DNA of 64,000 bases from an uncultured bacterium (GTDB lineage Bacteria > Auribacterota > Erginobacteria > Erginobacterales > CAZKCI01), in the NCBI GenBank assembly GCA_964551475.1, contig CAZKCI010000117.1:471-64470 (forward strand), written 5' to 3'. Every line of letters starts with the position of its first letter. The stretch's first letter is position 1. The notes beneath the pieces were generated by a model. It saw only the letters and a program-made list of their open reading frames with translations, was not told the DNA's origin and made no database searches. Made by a program: the position numbers and the translations under genes. Below, piece by piece: positions 56,062 through 63,188 of this stretch.

Positions 56062-56787
56062 GAGCTCAGGTGGCTTCCGCGGGGCGGTCACGCTCGGGGG
56101 ACAGGCGGGCAGGACCGATGGGAGAGGGGGGAAGGAGATCGCGCGGAATCCCCCTGATCTCCAGCAGCGAGCGATCTGATGCTCTGAACGCCAAGCTGTG
56201 CAATGGGAACTCGGTCTAGAACACTGATCCCCGAGTCGGGATCGCTCGCTGAAACCGTCGGGTTCGAGCTTTTAACTCCCGGCCTGGGCGAAGATGTAAG
56301 GAGTGCGCTGAAAGCCGCATTGGCGGGCGGCGCAGTATTTTCAAGTGGGGCCTCGCCCCGTTTCATCTTTCGCCGGGCGCTCACCGCTTCCATCCGCGAC
56401 ATCGAGGCGCACCCGCGGGGCAAGCTGGAGCTCTCTACAACTGTTACGGATACGGCTACGCGCTTGGGATGAACCACAAGAACGAAGAAGGAAGACGCGA
56501 GATGCTTTGGCCTCATGGTTTGGATAAAATCAAGACTGAGATGGATGCGGGGATCGAACCACGATAAGCAGCATGAGGGTAAGAAGCTAGCTTCCGCCAT
56601 AGCTGAGCGGGAATATTTATAGAGTGAGGGGCGGGGGGAGCAGGGTTTCAGGCTGGAACCAGCCTCCCAAGGGGGGAGAAATTTCAACCGCCAACCCAAG
56701 TAACTATCCGCGAATTCCGGGGGCATCATGCACATATTGCTGCATTCAATGATTTGGAGCTAAGCACGGTGTCCGCGGAATTCTAGA

Positions 56788-59493
56788 ATGAAAACGATGA
56801 AAATGATCTGTGCGGGATTGACGGGAATCCTTTTTGTCTTCCTTTTCGCGCCCGTCGCGCCGGCGGAAAATCTTTTGGACGGACGCGATCCCGGGTTTGA
56901 ATCCAGTACCCCTAACGGCAAATATCCGGATTCGGGGTATTGGCAGATGGGTTGGCTTGGGGAAGCGGGGGCGGTTTGCACATCGACGGCCGCTTATACT
57001 GGCGGCGCCGGCCTGTGGGAATACACCGGCACTTCCGGGACCGATTGGTGGTCGGGCCAATATCAGGATATTTCCGCTAACCCCGGAGAAACCTTCACGG
57101 GAAGCGCCTGGGTAGAGTCGCAATATACATGGGTGAGCGGGAGCAAGGCCCTCGTCAGGCTGGCCTTCCTGGATGCCTCGCATAATGTCCTGGCTACGAA
57201 AGACAGCCCGGCCATAACTGCTGCCTCCTGCGACTGGCAACCACTCACCGGACAAACTGATTCCGCCCCGGCCGGCACAGCGTTCATCAGATTTCGTCTG
57301 TACCTGGAAAAGCCCAATGGCTTATCCGGCCAGAGCATCGCCACCTTCGACGATTGCAGTCTTGAACGGGCCGCGCCGCAACCGCAGCTTTCCGTAAACC
57401 CTTCGGTATTGGGGTACGGCAATGATCTTGTGACCCTTTCGTTCGGCATCACGAATTCCGGAGCCGGCACGGTCTCCTGGACCATAACTAAAAATGCCGA
57501 CTGGATAGGCGTTTCTCCCGCGAGCGGAAGCACGACGACGGAAACCGACACCGTAACCGTGACGGTCAACAGAAGCGGATTGAAATTATCCGACTATAGT
57601 AGCGCCCTGGTCGTAACGTCGAACGGCGGGAATAAAGATGTCGACGTCATCATGGAGATCCCCCCGGCGACCGCCGTGCCCGCCGCTCCGGCCATAGTGG
57701 CCGTGAGCGGATACCGGCTTATGGTCAGGCGCAGGCTGCCGGACGGAACACTTGACGTTGCTCGTCCGTATACAATTAAAGGCGCCGCCTGGGATCCGGC
57801 CGGTATCGGCACTACCTCGGGATATTCCAGCCGCCGCGCCGAATTCGGGAACTGGTATCGGCTTGACCTGCAGCTTTTAAAAGAGATGTCTGCCAATACG
57901 GTGTACCTGTTTCTCGATCCCGGTACCGACCCGACCATGATTAATACCGCGCGGGCCGTGCTCGACTACTGCTATCAAAACGGTGTCATGGTTATAATGA
58001 CCGTCGATGAAGACGGTACGGATAATTCAGCGAATATCGCTCAGGTAATGAATGCGTTTAAGAACCACCCGGCGATACTGATGTGGGCGCTCGGGAACGA
58101 GTGGAACCTCTTGCGCCCGGATAAGCAGCTCTATTACGAGCATTACAGCACGCTCGCGGCGGCCGCGGCGGCGATGCAGACAAATGCCCTGCAGGTCCAA
58201 TCGCTGGACGCTAATCATCCGGTCGCTTCCATCCTAGGCGAGATAAATAATCCGACGCCGGCGGAAGTAGATTCTATCGTCAATAATATCTGTACGGCGG
58301 TCGACGTATGGGGGGCCAATATATACCGGGGGCCGGAATTTTACGCACTCTTTACCGAATGGAAAAATATGGCCTCCAAGCCGCTCTTTCTCTCCGAATT
58401 CGGCACAGACGCTTTTCACTCAACGTCATGGTGGCCCGTAGTCGGATACGAGGACCAGGCGGCGCAGGCGAACTATACCAATACGTTGTGGTTCGATATG
58501 GCGCAGGAGCTTTCCGCGGATGATACCGCGAAAGTTTGCCTGGGGGGCACTGTTTTTGAATGGAACGACGAATGGTGGAAAACGGCGACCGGTAGTCCGA
58601 GCGTCCATGATCCCGGCGGTTATGTGACTACGTGGAACCCCAATGCTCATCCCGATGGCTTTGCCAATGAAGAATGGTTCGGCATCGTTAGCGTAGGCCG
58701 CGAAAGACGGCGGGCGTATTACAAGCTCCAATACCAGTATCAACCGGGAATTAGCGTTATTGATTCCGGAGATTTCAACGGCGACGGGACGAGCGACATC
58801 GCGGTCTTCCGGGGGAGTTCGGGGACGTGGTCGGTGCGGAATATCACGCGGGTCTACTTCGGATCTTCCGCCGACTTTCTCGTCCCCGGAGATTATAAGG
58901 GAGATGGCACCACCGACGTCGCCGTCTTCCGGGATAGCAGTGGCCTGTGGTCGGTTAGGGATCTGACTCGGTTCTACCTGGGAAGCAACGGGGATGTTCC
59001 GGTCCCCGGGGACTACGATGGGGATGGCGCCGCCGAGGCGGGATTGTTCCGGCAGTCCGCGGGGCTGTGGTCGATCCGGAACCTGTCCCGGGTGTATTTC
59101 GGATTTACCGGCGACCGGGCAGTCCCGGGGCACTACGATGCCGGCAGCGTCAAGGATATCGCGGTCTTCCGGGATAGCGCGGGGATGTGGTCGGTGCGCG
59201 ATATCACGAGGTTTTATTTCGGTTCCGCGACCGATGACCTGGTCCCGGGGGACTATGGCGGGGCAGGGAAGTGGGAAGGGGGGATCTTCCGCTCGTCTAC
59301 GGGGTTCTGGTCGATCCGGAACGTGACTCGATTCTATCTGGGGACCTCGACCGATCGTCCTCTCCCGGCGGACTACGATGGAGATGGGATAGATGAGGAG
59401 GGAATCTTTCGCGACTCAAATGGGATGTGGTCAGTGCGAGACCTGACCAGGGTATATTTCGGTACAACGGGAGATAGCCCAGTGACGAGATAA
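56788..59493 (+). CDS. Secreted clan GH-A (TIM-barrel) glycoside hydrolase with CBM-like and BACON-like domains and a six-repeat C-terminal module
   Basis: Signal peptide. LSVNPSVLGYGNDLVTLSFGITNSGAGTVSWTI...WIGVSPASGS (BACON-like). MWALGNEWN (acid/base NE) and LFLSEFGTDAF (nucleophile E). Module at 58768-59490, ending ...GDSPVTR. Confidence 0.8.
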   Translation: MKTMKMICAGLTGILFVFLFAPVAPAENLLDGRDPGFESSTPNGKYPDSGYWQMGWLGEAGAVCTSTAAYTGGAGLWEYTGTSGTDWWSGQYQDISANPGETFTGSAWVESQYTWVSGSKALVRLAFLDASHNVLATKDSPAITAASCDWQPLTGQTDSAPAGTAFIRFRLYLEKPNGLSGQSIATFDDCSLERAAPQPQLSVNPSVLGYGNDLVTLSFGITNSGAGTVSWTITKNADWIGVSPASGSTTTETDTVTVTVNRSGLKLSDYSSALVVTSNGGNKDVDVIMEIPPATAVPAAPAIVAVSGYRLMVRRRLPDGTLDVARPYTIKGAAWDPAGIGTTSGYSSRRAEFGNWYRLDLQLLKEMSANTVYLFLDPGTDPTMINTARAVLDYCYQNGVMVIMTVDEDGTDNSANIAQVMNAFKNHPAILMWALGNEWNLLRPDKQLYYEHYSTLAAAAAAMQTNALQVQSLDANHPVASILGEINNPTPAEVDSIVNNICTAVDVWGANIYRGPEFYALFTEWKNMASKPLFLSEFGTDAFHSTSWWPVVGYEDQAAQANYTNTLWFDMAQELSADDTAKVCLGGTVFEWNDEWWKTATGSPSVHDPGGYVTTWNPNAHPDGFANEEWFGIVSVGRERRRAYYKLQYQYQPGISVIDSGDFNGDGTSDIAVFRGSSGTWSVRNITRVYFGSSADFLVPGDYKGDGTTDVAVFRDSSGLWSVRDLTRFYLGSNGDVPVPGDYDGDGAAEAGLFRQSAGLWSIRNLSRVYFGFTGDRAVPGHYDAGSVKDIAVFRDSAGMWSVRDITRFYFGSATDDLVPGDYGGAGKWEGGIFRSSTGFWSIRNVTRFYLGTSTDRPLPADYDGDGIDEEGIFRDSNGMWSVRDLTRVYFGTTGDSPVTR

Positions 59494-59543
59494 GGAGCAA
59501 GCAGAAAACCATAAAGCGGTTAGGTTAGGTAAGGAGGGACGAG

Positions 59544-59777
59544 TTGACCGCCATCGAGCCCCTGCTTGAAGAGGTGACGAGGGAAGACAGCCTTAGGACC
59601 GACGATCCCGGTGTGGAAGCGGCGCGCGAATGGCGGGAACGCGATCTGGCGCGTCTGAATAGGGGCGTCAGACGCCTGGTTGAACCGGGAGTTTTTTCGG
59701 TCGTCCTGACCGCGAAGCTGTGGAACCTGAAAGAAAACCTTCTGCGCCGAATGAACATACACCGGAATTCCCACTGA
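59544..59777 (+). CDS. Small hypothetical protein (77 aa)
   Basis: TTG start 6 nt after AAGGAGG. No motif. Confidence 0.4.
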   Translation: MTAIEPLLEEVTREDSLRTDDPGVEAAREWRERDLARLNRGVRRLVEPGVFSVVLTAKLWNLKENLLRRMNIHRNSH

Positions 59778-59781
59778 GCCT

Positions 59782-59970
59782 TGGTCAAGGCGCTGGCCAG
59801 ATATTCCTCAAAGTATTATTCTGCCAGATTAAATACCATAATGATTATTGACTTTTCGACCTTCCCCGTGATAGTATCCCTTTCAACCATGGGAGGTTCC
59901 CGTGCTTTTCTTGGGTGAGGTCAGGTGGTGCTCTAAACCCGGCTTTGGACGTTAGTCCAGGCCGGGTTTT
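59782..59970 (+). repeat. Cassette-leader module, copy 3 (best promoter and terminator)
   Basis: ctggcca-N21-ctgccag; TTGACT (59848-59853)-N18-TAGTAT; cccggc-tt-tggac-gtta-gtcca-g-gccggg followed by TTTT (59938-59970). Confidence 0.85.
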
Positions 59971-60116
59971 GAATTTTATAGGATCAACACCCCAAACCAC
60001 ATAGGGATGCTTGAAGATATTTATCGGAGACACATTACTGAGGAATCCATCAATATCTCATTGATATTCGATGGAGTTATGCATCTCTTAAAACGATAAG
60101 CGAGTAGCTCACATAT

Positions 60117-60926
60117 ATGAGTCTTCACTCAAGAATATATTCTATTAGATATAGGGTATTCACTTCTATTCAGGGTACTTTAGGATTAATATTAGTAGCT
60201 TGGGGTGCAGCATTAAAAGCAGATCCATTAGCTCTATCAAGGCAATGGGTATTTGCAGGGATATTACTAAGAAGTATGCAGACAAATGCATACCTTGTAA
60301 TTCCCATCGGTACGGTTATTGTAGGTTGCTTACAGCTCTATAAGCGGCATGTGGGCCACCCGAGTGTATGGAATGCGGTACATTCATGGCTTGATGCATT
60401 TAGGGCAAATGTATTTGAAGATTATCCCGCCGAGCAGGACCATCGAGTTACCCTTTTTAAGCATAAAGATTATCATTTATCATGGTATACACTATTTCGA
60501 AAACCATGGCTAGGTTTCCTAATTCCCATAGAACGATCTGGAGAGGTTACGCAGAATCCGAGTGTAATATTTTCCGCCCCTAGGAGTAATCCAAATCGAG
60601 CGGAGGGCATAGCAGGCTATATTTGGAAAACAAAGGAATGCCATTATGTTTGCAATCTACCAGAATTAAATGATGCAAGCTCCGATAAAACATGTAAAAC
60701 ATACTCTAGAAAAAGCAAAACGAATAAGAAATATGTTCTTAAAAGGGCAAAAACCGGGAAACCCTTCGCTAGATCATTTTGGGGCACGCCCGTAGAAGTG
60801 AATGGCAAGTGCTGGGGAGTTATTGTAATTGATAGTCGCCATCCCGAGCTCGCCGGAAAAGATGAAATAAAGGCAATATTTCAACCGATGGCGAGCGTTC
60901 TGGGCAAACTATTAGAATATGTATGA
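60117..60926 (+). CDS. Membrane-anchored (2-3 TM) GAF-like domain protein
   Basis: TM segments GTLGLILVAWGAAL and AYLVIPIGTVIVGCLQL. C-terminal HRVTLF..., GIAGYIWKTKECHYVCNLPE and SFWGTPVEVNGKCWGVIVIDS resemble GAF core strands. AT-rich codon usage unlike the host genes. Confidence 0.55.
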   Translation: MSLHSRIYSIRYRVFTSIQGTLGLILVAWGAALKADPLALSRQWVFAGILLRSMQTNAYLVIPIGTVIVGCLQLYKRHVGHPSVWNAVHSWLDAFRANVFEDYPAEQDHRVTLFKHKDYHLSWYTLFRKPWLGFLIPIERSGEVTQNPSVIFSAPRSNPNRAEGIAGYIWKTKECHYVCNLPELNDASSDKTCKTYSRKSKTNKKYVLKRAKTGKPFARSFWGTPVEVNGKCWGVIVIDSRHPELAGKDEIKAIFQPMASVLGKLLEYV

Positions 60927-60941
60927 ATACGGAGATATCCA

Positions 60942-61382
60942 ATGTCAGCATGGATTGCCATTGATAATCGTTCTGTAGACGTTATCAATAAAAAGATTAG
61001 AGAAGGTGTCACTGTCGAAGCATCAGTATCACCATATGATATTCCTAGTGCCGTAAGAGGGTATATGAGAGTTGAAGACGGCTGGTTTGTTATTGAATAT
61101 AAGTACTTGTCCGATGAACCAGTCATTAAATTGCATGAAGACGCAAAAATTCGAATATATATTGGCATAAATAGTGGCCGATTGATTCAATTGCATCTTA
61201 ACGCGATCATTCTGGAAGAAGATAAAGATCAAATGCAAAGGAAATATGGGATCGAAAGAATTGCGAAGGATGCGATCAAATACTTCAATGAACTAGATCG
61301 CAATATCTTCAACACAATGAGAATGAATGTATCTCAAAATGTTATAGAGCTGAAAAAGGATGAGATATTTGCTGAAATATAA
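60942..61382 (+). CDS. Hypothetical protein (146 aa), likely co-transcribed with the TM-GAF gene
   Basis: GGAGA RBS and a 15-nt gap after the previous stop. No motif. Confidence 0.55.
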   Translation: MSAWIAIDNRSVDVINKKIREGVTVEASVSPYDIPSAVRGYMRVEDGWFVIEYKYLSDEPVIKLHEDAKIRIYIGINSGRLIQLHLNAIILEEDKDQMQRKYGIERIAKDAIKYFNELDRNIFNTMRMNVSQNVIELKKDEIFAEI

Positions 61383-61397
61383 TTATGGAATTGAATA

Positions 61398-61681
61398 AGG
61401 GAACCGAAGCCGGTGGCGACATCGACCGCGAACAGGCAGGCGAAGAGCAGGATGAGCCTGGCCATCCAAGTCATGCCGACCAACTCGACAGCCGCGGCGG
61501 CAGTCCCCGATCCGTTGTGGCCGAAGTGAAGGCCGAGGACAAAGACCCCTCAGAGCGCTACGCCCGCCAGGGGGAGGAAGCCCCAAGGCAGATGGCGCTT
61601 CAGAGCTGGTATCGTCCCAGCGCGCCAAAAGACATAGATCTGCAGGACGGAAAAGAGAACAGTGAGGATGGGTCCAAACAC
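61398..61681 (-). pseudogene. Duplicated, inactivated 5' fragment of the metallophosphoesterase gene (paralog of 51910-52192)
   Basis: The reverse complement reads VFGPILTVLFSVLQIYVFWRAGTIPALKRHLPWGFLPLAGVAL*. The TGG of the intact copy is TGA here, and homology ends after about 94 codons. Confidence 0.8.
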
Positions 61682-61768
61682 ACGGCCTCCTAAATGTTGC
61701 GTGAAGCATCCCATGAAAACGCCCGGAAGGCAACCGGCGGGGAGGGACGGGGAGCCGGCCGCGCCAGC

Positions 61769-61823
61769 TTGGTCAAGACGCTGGCCGGATATTCCTCAAA
61801 GTATTCTTCGGCCAGAATTAAAT
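61769..61823 (+). repeat. Cassette-leader module, copy 4 (left part only: GTCAAG...hairpin...ATTAAAT)
   Basis: ttggtcaagacgctggccggatattcctcaaagtattcttcggccagaattaaat. It diverges from the other copies immediately after ATTAAAT, where the ATG at 61822 begins. Confidence 0.85.
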
Positions 61824-62985
61824 GGAAGCATGGGAAGTAGCAAAACGGGAGAAGGCCAGAGTGGTTACTGACACTGATAGGTTACTAGCGGAACTGAGGC
61901 ATACGTGCAGTTCTATCACCCCTGCTTCCCTTTTGACGTGCGATTGTCCATCGAATACGGCAGGTAGTTTCTATCGCATCGCAAGGCAATACTGCCAAGA
62001 AGGTCAACGTCGACTTGGAAATCCCATAATCGCTATTAACATCATGCGGGAACTTGAGAAGTGCGGTGTGAACCGCACTCTAATCGACACCTTCTGCAAG
62101 AATGAGTTCCAGGATGACATCGTCTATCCGCATATTGTAATAGAACTATTAGCGTATGCCTTTGCGCTTGATATCGGTGTTTTTTGGTCTGAAGGGGAGG
62201 TATCGCGGCGATGTCCAGAACTGGAGTTTGATGAGGACGGCTTGCTCATTGGCCCCAGGGGCAAGATCCGCTTTGGGAGAGACGGTGTGCGATGTGGTAA
62301 ATTCCTCATACCGTACTGTGACGAGATACAGAGATATGGTCTTGGCTTATCAGGTGGCTTCTTGGATCGATTGTCATCTCTTATAGAGCAAAAGACACCC
62401 TCCAAGGTTGGGTTACGTGTCGCAAGCGACATGGTTTATGATCCCTCTAAGTTCTCGCTATATGTCACCAAGGCATATATCCGTGGGCCGAAGGGCCTAT
62501 CCGCCACGTTGCTTAACAGCCCAGATTTTCCGGAGAACATGCGCGGCACAGTCACCGTGCATGAACGGCTATCTCGTGATCCGGTCCTCAATCTCACCTT
62601 CCCGCTTGTTCGTACTGAGATCATGTGGAGTTCGAAAGGCAGAACCAAGACGGTACAAATCGAGGAGTTGATTCCTAGTGACGACTGGCACAACCATGAC
62701 AGGGCAAAAATATCAAATAGGTACTTGCATGCTATATGGATGCCAGAAAAAGGCTTTTTCGATCATGTAGACGGTGCCGTTAGGTCATACGCAAAAGATG
62801 TCTACGATACTCGCCTGTCGAATGATATCAAGAGCGCCAGAGAAGTCCCAGCTGACTACCGAAAACTATTTCTAATAAATGCGGATCTTCCTTTAGACAT
62901 TTGGTGCGACCTATCGATGCGGTATTTCTATCAGAATGAATTGGTGTTGGAGTATCTTGGTGGCCCCAAGAACGACAATCAATAA
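61822..62985 (+). CDS. Hypothetical protein (387 aa) upstream of the reverse transcriptase
   Basis: Long AT-richer ORF. No recognised motif. Start uncertain (no clear RBS). Confidence 0.55.
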   Translation: MEAWEVAKREKARVVTDTDRLLAELRHTCSSITPASLLTCDCPSNTAGSFYRIARQYCQEGQRRLGNPIIAINIMRELEKCGVNRTLIDTFCKNEFQDDIVYPHIVIELLAYAFALDIGVFWSEGEVSRRCPELEFDEDGLLIGPRGKIRFGRDGVRCGKFLIPYCDEIQRYGLGLSGGFLDRLSSLIEQKTPSKVGLRVASDMVYDPSKFSLYVTKAYIRGPKGLSATLLNSPDFPENMRGTVTVHERLSRDPVLNLTFPLVRTEIMWSSKGRTKTVQIEELIPSDDWHNHDRAKISNRYLHAIWMPEKGFFDHVDGAVRSYAKDVYDTRLSNDIKSAREVPADYRKLFLINADLPLDIWCDLSMRYFYQNELVLEYLGGPKNDNQ

Positions 62986-63150
62986 ATCGGTTTCTAGATG
63001 AAGTCTCGGATGGGGTGGCCAAAACGCTAAACCGTCGCGGCGGTTAAGCGTAGAATTAGGAATTCGAAGCCGCAGTCCATCCCCCGATTAGCGCGGTCGT
63101 TAGGACTATGTTCCATTAAAGGGACAATCACGGAATACCTTCGTCTCATA

Positions 63151-63172
63151 GTGTAATGCTATAGCATTACAC
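63151..63172. promoter_or_regulatory. Perfect 22-bp palindrome, 17 nt upstream of the RT start
   Basis: gtgtaatgcta/tagcattacac. It could be an operator or a 5'-UTR/ncRNA stem. Confidence 0.6.
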
Positions 63173-63188
63173 GAGGGTTTAGAAGACT

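Noticed and set aside
56547-56563. A tRNA gene on the minus strand, suggested by a GGTTCGATCCCC T-arm-like motif
   Set aside because: The T-stem has a mismatch, and no acceptor, D-arm or anticodon stem can be drawn. At best it is a remnant.
56088-56735. 215-aa minus-strand ORF
   Set aside because: It is S/P/A/L-rich with no start context and no motifs, and it lies in an apparently degraded region.
59889-59918. A 9-codon leader peptide (MGGSRAFLG) inside the recurring module, as a basis for peptide-mediated attenuation
   Set aside because: There is no SD upstream of the ATG. The three copies differ by non-synonymous changes (MGGYRAFLG, MGGSRVVLE) rather than synonymous ones. The ATG lies in a predicted stem. 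It is kept only as a minor alternative.
52281-61823. A classical integron (attC sites plus cassettes)
   Set aside because: There is no IntI-type integrase or attI in the window. The repeats lack the R''/L''-L'/R' (GTTRRRY) organisation. They carry their own promoter-like sequence. One enclosed gene (56788-59493) is host-like. The cassette-accretion analogy is retained only as a hypothesis.
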